From Macrostomum hystrix (taxonomy: Eukaryota; Animalia; Platyhelminthes), in assembly GCA_950097015.1 (NCBI GenBank), contig CATNEN010000010.1, forward strand, positions 2,914,001-2,978,000: DNA of 64,000 bases, read 5' to 3'. Below the pieces are notes generated by a model. The model made no database searches. It was not told the origin of the DNA and saw nothing but the letters and a program-made list of their open reading frames with translations. Of the stretch, positions 45,481 to 58,000 are shown in pieces (position 1 is the stretch's first letter; every line of letters starts with the position of its first letter). Both the position numbers and the translations under genes were made by a program.

Positions 45481-47499
45481 CGAGGTCCCGGGCAAGCAAC
45501 AATTTGAGCTTTTCTACTCTGAAGCAGACAGTAGCTGTGGATGTGACTGTGTGATTCTGTGATTCACTGTAGAATAATTATCCTTTATTCCTTTACCCTC
45601 AGTCGTAAAATAGCATGCTCTGTACCGCATGTACATAAATTTAGGACAATTCGTGATGAAACAGCCTTCAGAAGTATTATTGTCGAGGTCTGTTATAACA
45701 AATTTTAGGTTACACTAATAAGCCAATACACCGTGCAGTCAGAACAGCGCAGTTGCGTGCCAATGATGCAGCAACAGTTGCCTATTATTAATCGTCATTA
45801 AATGTAGCTATGAAGCACACGCGCTTCAGTGCCTACAAGTGTTTCATTGTCCGCTAGCTTCGACATTTAAACTTCGTTTCAGAAATTTACTTATGCGCAT
45901 AATAAATGCGCACTTGCCTACTTCTAGCCACTCTAGTAGTAGTATGAGAAGCTCTAAAGCTTATAGGAAAAAGTTAGTTTGTTGAATTTAGTTAGGACTT
46001 TCGGTTAGTAGCTTCAACTTTAGTAGGCAGCGATTATTCCGTTTAAGAAGCTGCAGTTTAGTGTCGGGCAATGCTGAATTTAGTAGGCAAGCTACACTAC
46101 TGCCAGTAAGTAGTCTCAGCATGTCTTAAATAAAACTGATCCGGTAGTAGTAAATAAGGTTAATGGTTTAATAAGACGATGCCAAATAATAGTTAAAAAG
46201 GCCATTATTTTGTTAAAATTCGTGCAGCAACTTGCGAGTCGAGGAAGATCGTTGTTAAACGTCCGTTTGCATTTTAAATAACAATAGCTACGATGTTAGA
46301 GACGGAAGTACAGGTTAATAACACTGACAGCAGGAATAAATATTGGTTTCGTCTTTGATACAAGGAGGAAGCGAAAACGGACAAGCAAACTAAGAACTTC
46401 AGCTGGTTAAAATACAACGAATGTTGTAAGAAAAAACAGCACGTTACATTAGACATGCACAAATAATTATTGTGTTCCCGCAGCAGCAGTACTTATATCA
46501 TTACCTGCTGAGTTATTAAAAAAAGCACACGCGAATCAATCTACTGGTGAGTAGTGCAGTGAGTTTGTTGTCACGCTAAAAATGTGGGAGCGTACTTAAA
46601 AGTGAGTGCTAAAAATGTTAAAATCATTTCTAAAATTGAAAAATGGTTAAAAACTAACCCCAGTTGCTCGTGTTCAACTGGTAAACGGTCAGGATTTTTT
46701 GTTATAAATAGCAAATAGCAAATAGTTATAAATATAACTTTAATTTTATAAGCATTGTTTGTTCAGCAACAGACAAATATTTATCAAGAATATGATCACT
46801 ATTTGGTTTTTTATTATCTTCCTAAAATCTACCGTTTTCTGTGTTTTAGTGAAAGCAGCAATTATTAAAACGAAATGTTACAATAAAACATAAAATTAAT
46901 ATTTCTCAATACAGGAGTAAAAACGCGAGGCACTTGTTTGTGTTACTAATTTTTTTTTCTACATTAGATATTAAACAGTAAATATGAGCAAAATGGGAAA
47001 ATCGGTGTTAAATCTTCTACGAAGTTGATAAACAAAACAAACACGATCAGCTGTTGTCAGTGTTTTAAACTAAGCGCACAGACAATAGGCAGAGCTTTAG
47101 ATTCTGGGGTAGTGTTTTGCCATTGTGACCAACCAAAAAAAGTTACAAGCCAGGTTTTTGTGGTTGGTTTACTACTTTGGTAGTAGGGCATTAAGGATAT
47201 TTTATACTGAATTGTTATATCGAATCTTGCCTTCGTATTAAAATTAGGAGTTAAATATCACAGAGAGAAAGTTTAGTGAGGGGACAGCGAGGAGAATATT
47301 AAGTACTCAGGCTAAAGATGAACAGCGTGAGCAAGCAGTTTGCAGTTTTAGTTTCTGTGCAAACAAAAATCAAGTTCAGGTGTAAGTCGAAAATGTTGTT
47401 AATAAATTTATTCGTAATAAAACTTACTAAAAAGGAATAGAACGAATTGCGAATCTGCACTTGGCATTTTTTTAATAAATGTACTCAAACAAACCTCAT

Positions 47500-48003
47500 C
47501 CAGAGATTAGGTAGACTCAACCAAACCCGATCAAGAGATTGGGTAGACTCAACCAAACCCTATCAAGAGATTGGGTAGACTGCACCAAACCCGATTAAGA
47601 GGCTGGGTAGACTCTACCAAACCCGATTGAGAGATTGTGTAGACTCTACCAGTCTCGATCAAGAGGCTGGGTAGACTCTACCAGTCTCGATCAAGAGGCT
47701 GGGTAGACTCTACCAGTCTCGATCAAGAGGCTGGGTAGACTCTACCAGACTTGATCAAGAGGCTGGGTAGACTCTACCAGACTCGATCAAGAGGCTGGGT
47801 AGACTCTACCAGACTCGATCAAGAGGCTGGGTAGACTCTACCAGACTCGATCAAGAGGCTGGGTAGACTCTACCAGACTTGATCAAGAGGCTGGGTAGAC
47901 TCTACCAGACTCGATCAAGAGGCTGGGTAGACTCTACCAGACTCGATCAAGAGGCTGGGTAGACTCTACCAGACTTGATCAAGAGGCTGGGTAGACTCTA
48001 CCG
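47500..48003. repeat. Minisatellite, 32-bp unit, ~15 copies
   Basis: Unit GATCAAGAGGCTGGGTAGACTCTACCAGACTC. Confidence 0.95.
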
Positions 48004-48984
48004 ATATGGCCCAAAAACAGATTATCAACGCGTTCATTCCGTCGGCAAAGTGAGCAGAGATTAAAAGGAATTGGCGGCAGATAGGATTAAAACAACTGAG
48101 AACAAAAAAACATGAAATCTCAGGCCGCAGTAAGTGAGTAAGTGAGCTCCATGGCTGTCCAGTTAGAGTTAGTTGTTGAGTATGAGTAGTCAGCATCAGC
48201 CTCCGCCGCCGCTGCCCCAGCTGTTGCGGGTTGTTAAGACGGTTGCCAGCTAAAACATGAGCGCGGCAACAGGGAATTAAGCAAGATGCTTCAGTTACGA
48301 TTAAACAGAACAAGCTCAATATTAACTTTAAACAGATGAAGCTGCAATGCTTAATTATTAATATTAATTATGTCCAATTACGAGCGTAAGTAAGAAGTTG
48401 ATTATGAGACAAACAGTGTGCAGGAGATAGGCACAAAATCAACAGCAAGCTAATGTGTCCAGCAGTCTGGCTAGTGGAGCTCTGCAATGCAGCACAGTTT
48501 TCGTTGGTTAAATTTTCTTGCTCGACAACAGAACTCCACTGGGCCTTGTCTAATAAAATAGTTGATTAATTATGCTTTAGTTGGTCAGTAGTTAGCATTT
48601 GTTAAAATTGTTGGTAAACACGGGAGTCTGCCCTGCAACGGAACCGTCTCGAGTTAGTAGGGCCGAGCCCAACAGAAAATATTGTGAAAGTCGAAGCGGG
48701 CTTAATTAGGCATTCTTTATTCCCAAAGAATATTTGCGCACTGCACTACTCTGCTTCTAAACGAGCCAGTATCATTTGCCTAACTGGAGCAGTTAAATAC
48801 TCGTTGGCTTGCTGTTAATTTGTACCAACACAGATCGGGGAGAGACTCAGGGGAGACGAGATAGGAGAAGAAGAGGAAGGGACAGGGGTACGAGACCGGG
48901 AGAAGTGGAAGAAGAAGTTAAGTGGTTGAATAAGAGTGGAAGGAGAGAGTTAAGAGAAATGGGGAAAAAGAGAGGGGGAGATAG

Positions 48985-49590
48985 GGAGAAGGACAGGGGA
49001 GATAAGGAGATAGGGAGGAGAGGAGAGATGGGGAGAAGGAGAGGGGAGATGGGGAGAAGGAGAGGGGAAATGGGGAGATGGGGAGGGGAGACGAGGAGAA
49101 GGAGAGGGGAGACGAGGAGAACGAGAGGAGAGATGGGGAGAAGGAGAGGGGAGACGAGGAGAAGGAGAGGGGAGACGAGGAGAAGGAGAGGGGAGATGGG
49201 GAGAAGGAGAGGGGAGATGAGATGAGGAGAACGAGAGGGGAGACGGGGCGAAGGAGAGGGGAATCAGGGAGAAAGAGGGGAGACGGGGCAAAGGAGAGGG
49301 GAATCAGGGAGAAGGAGAGGGGAGACGGGGAGAAGGAGAGGGGAGATGGGGAGATGGGGAGAAGGAGAGGGGAGACGGGGCGAAGGAGAGGGGAATCAGG
49401 GAGAAAGAGGGGAGACGGGGCAAAGGAGAGGGGAATCAGGGAGAAGGAGAGGGGAGACGGGGAGAAGGAGAGGGGAGATGGGGAGATGGGGAGAAGGAGA
49501 GGGGAGACGGGGCGAAGGAGAGGGGAATCAGAGTGGAGAGGGGAGATGGGGAGAAGGAGAAGGGAGTCAGGTAGAATGAGAGGGGAGAAT
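48985..49590. repeat. GA-rich (polypurine) degenerate minisatellite
   Basis: Motif GGGGAGAAGGAGAGGGGAGA(T/C) repeated. Confidence 0.9.
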
Positions 49591-50324
49591 GAGAGGTGGG
49601 AGAGATTCGCAGACAGTTATCACAGAGGAAAAACAGCCCCATAAAAGACAGTCGCACTGGCGGGTACCTGTGTGTGCTTTAGTGTGTTATTGTTTAGATG
49701 CCGGACCGGCTATACGGGTGAGTTCTGAGGTTAACAGAGGCGCCAGGCCGTGACTTCATCGGACCTAGACATTGTGAGCGGAGCGGGCGGCGAGTTTGTC
49801 AGTTCGTTATTTGGCGTGGAAAGCACTGAACATGATCCCGAACTGCCGACTGCAGAACCCTGAGTGACAGCTCTAACTCTCAACTGGCCGATGTTGAAAA
49901 AATATTTGGCGAAACTGGCTGCGTCTCGATACGTTTCATATCAAAAAGGTATGCATGAGCATGAGTATGTATTGTGCATATAACTCGGTACATAGAGCAC
50001 TAGGCTAGGCTCAAACTAACATGAGGACACAACAAAACAAATGAAAGCAAAACTGCTTTATGCTAATGACCTAGTAGGCTTCCTAATTCACAAAAATGGT
50101 ACAACAGTTGGATGAAGTGAGCAGTTCTCACAGCCAAAGACAGAAACGACTGGGTGCACAGAGGCAAGCAGCTGTACTTGAATAAAAACTAACATTTTGC
50201 TCTTCAGATCCAAGAAGAAAGAAAAACCGCCAAGGAAGAAAGCGAACTCATTGCTAGCCACTTGAATACTTAGACTTCACTCTCTAGCTATATATCTACT
50301 TACACTGACTAGTTCTGGGGCTAG

Positions 50325-50865
50325 GCTAGCAATCCATTCTATATACTGACCTATGGGCTAGGCTAGCAATCCATTCTATATACTGACCTATGGGCTAGGC
50401 TAGCAATCCATTCTATTTACTGACCTATGGGCTAGGCTAGCAATCCATTCTATTTACTGACCTATGGGCTAGGCTAGCAATCCATTCTATATACTGACCT
50501 ATGGGCTAGGCTAGCAATCCATTCTATTTACTGACCTATGGGCTAGGCTAGCAATCCATTCTATTTACTGACCTATGGGCTAGGCTAGCAATCCATTCTA
50601 TATACTGACCTATGGGCTAGGCTAGCAATCCATTCTATGTACTGACCTATGGGCTAGGCTAGCAATCCATTCTATATACTGACCTATGGGCTAGGCTAGC
50701 AATCCATTCTATATACTGACCTATGGGCTAGGCTAGCAATCCATTCTATTTACTGACCTATGGGCTAGGCTAGCAATCCATTCTATTTACTGACCTATGG
50801 GCTAGGCTAGCAATCCATTCTATTTACTGACCTATAGGCTAGGCTAGCAATCCATTCTACATACT
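50325..50865. repeat. Minisatellite, 37-bp unit, ~14 copies
   Basis: Unit CTAGGCTAGCAATCCATTCTATATACTGACCTATGGG. Confidence 0.97.
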
Positions 50866-52067
50866 TAACAATCCGACCAATTCTTTGATCTAAGCGGCTA
50901 GACTAGCAACTCATTCAATTATTTCATTAACAATTGAAGCAATGAATGAGCACAAAAATAAAGGGCGATTGAGACAGAAAAAGAAAGATTGGAAGACGTC
51001 CTCGAACGGTACAATGATAGCAAAAAGGCACCTTTTGATCTAAATAAATGAAGAGTAAAAATCAACCAATTATTTAATTCGGCTTTTGTGAAATTTTAAT
51101 CTAGGGACTCTGGTGGTTTCCTAATGTAAATGCACTATTGTAAATAAAGTGACCATAGTTAATGCACTACATTAATTACAGGTAAAAATCGGTATACAAA
51201 AATACTAACCTGTGTCGGTTTGATTAAGAGTGCAGTAAGAATCGAAAATTGAAACTAGAAACAATACTGGCTCGCGTTCTAATTAGCTTTGAGTTATCGG
51301 ATTAAAAACTGTGTTTAGTATACTACTCACTACTGACACTGCTAAGTAGTTAATTTGAAAAAACCTTTAATATTAGTTAGGAAGACCATGGGCGTATTTG
51401 AAAGAGAAGAAAGAGTGACCATCAATGTAACAGAGCGAAAAAAAATAAAACAATGGAATCACACAGCAAATACAGAAAGCACAGCAAAACAAATACAAAA
51501 AAGAGTTCTTAAGGACTAACGAATAAATCAACTTACATAGAGAATAAAAGAACAAAATAGTTGTGAATCACAAAGAGTCAATCCAATTTAACTCTGCTAA
51601 TGAACAAGAGATGATGCAAAAATAATACAAAAACTAAAATATCCGACAAAATGTCTGAATTTGACTACTTAAAGCAGGAGATGCGCGCATGTGCGGATAA
51701 AAAGGGAATCGACGCGCACAGTCTATCACTTAAATAGTCTAAAAATAGCAATAGCGGCTAGAGCGATAGGCGAAAACAGAAACTCGCATGCAGAGTTCGC
51801 ATCGTTGTGGCGCAACTAAAACTATAATACGATTACGTAATGACAATTCGCACACTAGCCGCTTCTTCGGAAAGGCAAGGAAAGGCCGACAGAGGCGAGG
51901 CTCAATGTGACTCAGAAAAAAATGAAATGAATAAAAATATTCCGTCAGGCTGCAGAATTGACAATCTAGAACCCTCGATAGTTTTAAGTGGCAGAAATTT
52001 GGTCTAAACACAAAAATTACTTCAGGGGCGGCTTTTAAAAGGCCATCAAGCCGCGCCACAACGCCAG

Positions 52068-55000
52068 TCACATCAAACCACCGCCGACGCCAACGCCGAC
52101 ACCGCCGCGAAGCCTCACCTGCCCGACTGCGGCGCTCGGCTTTAGCGGCAGGCCGGAGGCGCCCCCGCTGCTCCCGAGGCCGGTGGCGAAGCCAGGCGGC
52201 GGTGGCGGCAGAGGCGGCGGCATGGACTGATGATGCTGGCCCTGGAGGTGGGAAATTGCGGGGAAAAAAAATCCAGCCGGAGCTGCAGCGGCCGTACCTG
52301 ATTGGCTGAGCTCGAGACCACCTGCCGGGTAGATTCCGCCCGCGGCAGCCGCAGCAGCAGCGGCCGCCGCCGCCGCCGCCATGTGGTCGGAGCTGGCGTG
52401 GCCCATCAGGCCGGATGCGGCGCTGGCAGCCAGCAGGTAGGAATAGTCGGCAGCTGACACGATCGGATAGTTCAAAATCTGGGCTGCGGCGGCTGCGGCT
52501 GCGGCGTCGTTGCTGGCACTGGCGGCCTGCTGCAGGAGCTGATGGTGATGATGAGCCTGCTGCTGCTGCTGATGCGCCGTCAGGCCGTGCAGGCCACGCG
52601 CCAGACCTGGGGCCAGAACGATGGGAGAACCACCGGCGGCGGCCGCGGCTGCTAGTGGGTGGTGCGCCGGCAGGCGTAGAAACTGCGGAGCCGCCGCGGC
52701 TGCCGACAGGGGCAGCCCAGCGTGTCCGGCGGGAAACAGCGAAGGACCACGGCTCGCTTCTGCGGAGCCAAAGTTTGGTTCTCAGAGTTAAGAGGAGCTC
52801 GATTTGTATTTCTATCTTGATTTTTAGTAATTTTCTGCTTTAACACAATGCAGACACAAATATTAGGAAAATGAAAAATACCGAAAAAAAAACTCGACAC
52901 CGGCCTACTAACAAGTAGGGTGTTGAGGAGCTGGCCATAAAAAGTTGAACTAAAACAATAATTTAACGCCCTCACTGGGCGCTGGAATGCAAGCGCATGA
53001 CTTCTCAGCTGTGGAAAGCCAACCCCTGGGCCCGTGAATTATGGCGGAAGGGCCGCAGAGCGGAAAGCCAGAGAAAAAGAAGCAGAAGACAGTGAAAGAA
53101 ATTATGAAAATCAAGGCGCCGGTCAAATGTGAAATTGGAATTCGCTGCGGAATCGGTGGGCCGTGACGCCAACCCGCAAGGCGGCAGGTCAGGCAGGCAG
53201 GCATTCAATGATCAAACAGGCGGGAACAAGCTTTACTGGGCCTTGCAAACTCAGCTGAGAATCTGAGAATCTGCCCGGTAAGAACTGGCCATTATTTGCT
53301 AGCGGAATTTCTGCAAGTTGATCGGCTTGACCAGCTGCCCGCCCTATGAAGATTGGCAACAATATGAAAGGTCCCAGAGAGTCGGACTGGTGTCCGCGGC
53401 TCGGACACAACAGATAGGCATAATTGAGTGTGTCAGCTGTCGGCTGAAAAATATCCTAGAATTTTGGAACTTCTGCATCTCGCAGACGGGTTGGGAAGCA
53501 TTTTCGGTAGGATTTCTAAACGCCATTTGGGAGGCTGTGTTGCTGGGGGGTTGGGGCAGACACATGCGGGCCAGGGCTTCTGCACGAGACTGAAGGAGAC
53601 ACAGACGGGAAGTGCCCGGCAATCACAGTCTTTTAACACTAATAGGCTGCTGTGCAAGGGAAAGCTGGGGGATTATGGAAACAGCCCGCCAACTTCCCTC
53701 AGTTTTTTTACCACCTCTTCAAACTTGGCGCGACCCGCCCTGACAAAATCTGGGCCCGGTGAGGGGAAAAAAACTGCCTGGCTTTGGGGAGACATTTCCC
53801 CTTCCTGTGCCGGCCCAGACCCACTGATTTCCTCTCCGGGTGGAGAAAGCGCAGTCCAGGAGAGGGGCGCCGGGGTTCGGATAAGTTCGCAGCAGCTGGC
53901 GCATTGGAGAGGGGCTGGAGGCTGGGCGTAGCATGCAGCATGCATATCTCGCAGGCAGTAGGGTGTACAATGATGACACAACAGTTAGGAGAGCTGGGAG
54001 CGGAATAGAGTTTAAAAAAGGTATAACAAACAAGTGAACAGTGCTAACTGTGTTATGCAATCGATTAAACGGAGCGGATCTGTGCGTGGCGACATGCGCA
54101 AGCAAGGCAGGACCAAGTCAATTGAGGCATGGCTGTCTGCATGCTGCCTTACCTCACTGCATTAGCATAAGCCTAGCTAGTCAGCATAGATTTGCTAATT
54201 AAGGTGACAAAAATTATGAGGAAATGCTACAGGCGGAGCAGACAAGGGCCAGGCAATGCATGCAAATTTTCTTGCCCATTTTTGGTTCATTTTAAGTGTG
54301 AGCAGATGCGAGGAAATCAAGTGATAAGTGCAAGGCAGGACATGCTAGCACAACAATGCTTTCACAACTGTGGTGAATGGGGGCACAGGGGGCGCTGGCC
54401 ATCGCGGGAGCCGTCGAGTGCCGGCCGGCCACTTACGCAATGCTGCATTGGACTGCATGGAGGCGGCGGCGGCGGCGGCAGCAGCGGCGGCAGCTGCCTG
54501 ATTGTCGCCACCGCCGGCCTGCGAAGAGGGTAGGCCGGCGGTGGCTGAGGAGGCGGAGCAGCCGCCCTTCTTACTGGTGTCCCGGTAAGTGCCATTGATA
54601 ATGGCCAGCTCCATCAGCTGCTTTTTCTTCAAGTCGTCTTCACCGTCGGGCTGTTTTATTGCGGCGGTGCAAAAACCGATCAGATATCATATAACTAGAG
54701 CCTCTGAACTGACAAATCAATCAACTCGAGTCATAAGCTTAGCATAGATACTAGCTAAACTAGCCCAAACATCTCACATACATTCCACCTCCAGGCATCG
54801 GAAAGCAAATAGACTGCACACACAGTCACTGGCCCACGTGACACACATTCAGGGGGGCCCCGAGTCCATGGTTGCCACCCAAGCGAGTTTTTCTATTGCC
54901 AACAAAATGTTTGGAGTTCAACGCAAAAAATTAATGCCTTTTTTTACTATTCTCAGTGTCTGAGATTGTCACAGCAACTAAAGGCTTAGAAGAGAGAGGG

Positions 55001-58000
55001 CAGAGAGCGAGCAAATAAGCACGCTAGAGCACGCATTGTGCTGGGGTGCAGTTGCTGCCCACTCGGTCTCTTTCTCTCTCTTGACTAATCTGCAGCACGA
55101 ACTAGCTAGCACACAGGCAAAAACTAATGAATGGAAAATGAGCGAGGCCTTGAGCAGGGAGGGGGGCAGCACGCTGAGGCGAGCCAGGACTCCACCCCAC
55201 CCCCCAGCTCATCAACTGGGCTGATAATTTGTCTTTGTGTGTGAGTCTCTGTTGTTGAATTTCTGAGATTGAATCTGGGCCAACTCTCAGAGTTGCAAAA
55301 TGGAAAAACTCTCGGCTAATTTTTTTTTATTCAGCAGTTTTAGTGCAACGCACCGAGTGAAGGAGAGAGAGAGAATGGCGTATCGTGTTACCAGGGGAAT
55401 AGAAAGCAGAATTCATATCGGTTGACTGAGCCACCACACAGTCAGTCGCAATCTACACAAAGAATTACAATTCGAATAAATTCCTTTGAAAATAAAAACG
55501 ATTTTTTGAATAGAAATTTAGAAATTCATGGAAATAATGAGCAGTCAACCGCGATAATGTTACTCGATATTTGTGACATTTCATATCAGCGATAAATACC
55601 TGGTACAGTTCTGTTTAACTGATTGCAAAATATAACAAAAACCTAGCCATGTGATTTAGCGTTGTACACTATTTCCAAAATGTTATTGTTACACACAGGA
55701 GTGTTACGCTTGTCATAATGAACTCTAGTACGCATCTATTGTTACAAAAAGCGTGTTAAATAAAAGCCTGAAATCTGAAAAAAACAATCGATTATTGCGC
55801 AATAACATGTGGATACTTTACCATTGAGCACAGCAACCTCCATGAGCTGCATCTGCTTCAGCTTGTCCTCGCTCTCTGGCTGCACAGAAATAAAGATGAA
55901 ATAAAGAATAGAGATGTTTAGCTTATTTAACAATAATTATCTCAGCAGCACACTGAACCCTCCTTTTAAACTTTCTTAGCTGCTTCCTAAGTAGACAACA
56001 AAATTAGAGTGAACTCAAATTCCTGGACTCTGGATTTCTGTATTCTGGCTGACAGGGTTGTGATCTTTCGGATATGTGAGGCTTAAGGATTGTGAGGCTT
56101 CAGGATTGTGAGGCTTAAGGATTGAGGCTCCAGGACTATGGGGCTTCAGGATTATGAGGCTTCAGGATTGTGAGGCTTCAGGATTGTGAGGCTTCAGGAT
56201 TGTGAGGCTTCAGGATTAAGAGACTTCAGGATTAAGAGACTTCAGGATTGTGAGGCTTCAGGATTGTGAGACTTCAGGATTGTGAGACTTCAGGATTGTG
56301 AGGCTTCAGGATTGTGAGGCTTCAGGATTAAGAGACTTCAGGATTAAGAGACTTCAGGATTGTGAGACTTCAGGATTGTGAGGCTTCAGGATTGTGAGAC
56401 TTTAGGATCATTGATTGTGAAGCGGTGAGTTTTTCATACTGCATTTTCTAGTCCTAGCAGAAAATTCAGCTTCATCAGTTAAGCCATCTTTCCGGTTTAA
56501 TCTAAAAAAAATTATCTAATAAACTTCTCAATCAATGAAAAATCGCTGGGCGACTTAGTGAGGGCCTGCAAGCCACATTCCATTGTGCGCGCACTTATTC
56601 ATTAAAAAGAGAGCACACAATAGAGATTATTTGCTGCAGAGTGCAGCTCAGCCAATAGCCTTGGGCGCCAATTGTGATTTGAGTCTGTCTACTCACCTGC
56701 CTGGAAATGAGGCGAGGGGTCAGGATGAGAACCCCCGGTGGGCACAGAAATGGGATAAGAATAATAGCTTGGGGATGAGGAAGAATTCAGGAAGCTGATG
56801 CCAAGATGAAGGGATGCAGATTGGACGGGATCTTAATTTCTAAAAGAAGGCAGACTTGGAGCACAAATCTGGGAGTAGAGACCTGAGACATTGCAATGGC
56901 CCAGTGAGCTGGCTGGAGCAAGAGAAGGCCCGGGATCTGGGCAGTTTCCGGGACGGCCCGGAGATGGGAAGAATGGGGCCGGGGGATTTGCGAGTTTGCG
57001 CCAGCATTTCCCATCGCCAAACTCCCAGGTTGGTGGGTGGGGGGTTGGCCGCAGTGCCATCCAGGCTGCAGCAGTGATTTTGCATAAAGAATGACAAAAA
57101 TGGCGCCTACAGCTAAACTGTTTCTGAGAGAAGCTAAAGAGAACACATAAATTTCTGCTCTCATGTCTCATTGCTGTCAGACTTAGATATAAAGCGAATT
57201 TCCAGCATCCAGTGTATCTAAGGCTTTTCATTGTGTAAGAATTTTACTTACGAACTAGCTAGCATGGCCGCATTCAACAAATTAGGCGCCATATGATAGT
57301 TTTGCAAGCTGTGTGCGAGTGGCGCATGGCTTCTGACAATGCCGACAACACAAAAGCAAACAGCAGCATTCTCTGGCCTCTCAAACTAATGGCTTTACAA
57401 GCGTATTCATGGAAGCTATTTGAGTTCAAATAAGATTTATTATGGCCAGAAAATGTGTAGCCAAAGCTCAACAAAAACAGCGGCAACTTCAAGTGACTAG
57501 AATAAAAGGCATCTAGAAACTGCACAGAACACTTTTCTTAGCCATTTTACCCTATCGCCATCTATTTAGCAGCGGGTGAGACATGCCCAGGAAAACTGTG
57601 ACCCGCAGCTACCCGGCCTCACTGGGAGACTCTCTGATTGGAATGGGATCGATAGACGCCCTCCGTTGCGGGCTTGCGAAAGGGATTTGGGGATCTCAGA
57701 GGAGGAGGAGGAGTGAGTTGGGGCGGGCGGCGGGGCTTTGCGCAGAGATAAGCCCGAGCCGATGGGAAAGGGACCAGAATAGTTTTTGGAGGCCAGTAAT
57801 CCCGCCTGCAAATTAGGGGGATATTTGACTATGGCTCCTTGACCATAGCACAATGGCCCGGGACCCCTGGAATTCAGCAACTAAACGACAGCAGCAGAAC
57901 TTTGGAATCAGAGACCGGCGCATGTCCGAGAAACTTATCCCCAACGGGATTGGAAGACTGCAAGCGGCGTTAATTAAGGAAAGGAGCAAAGTGCTGAAAT

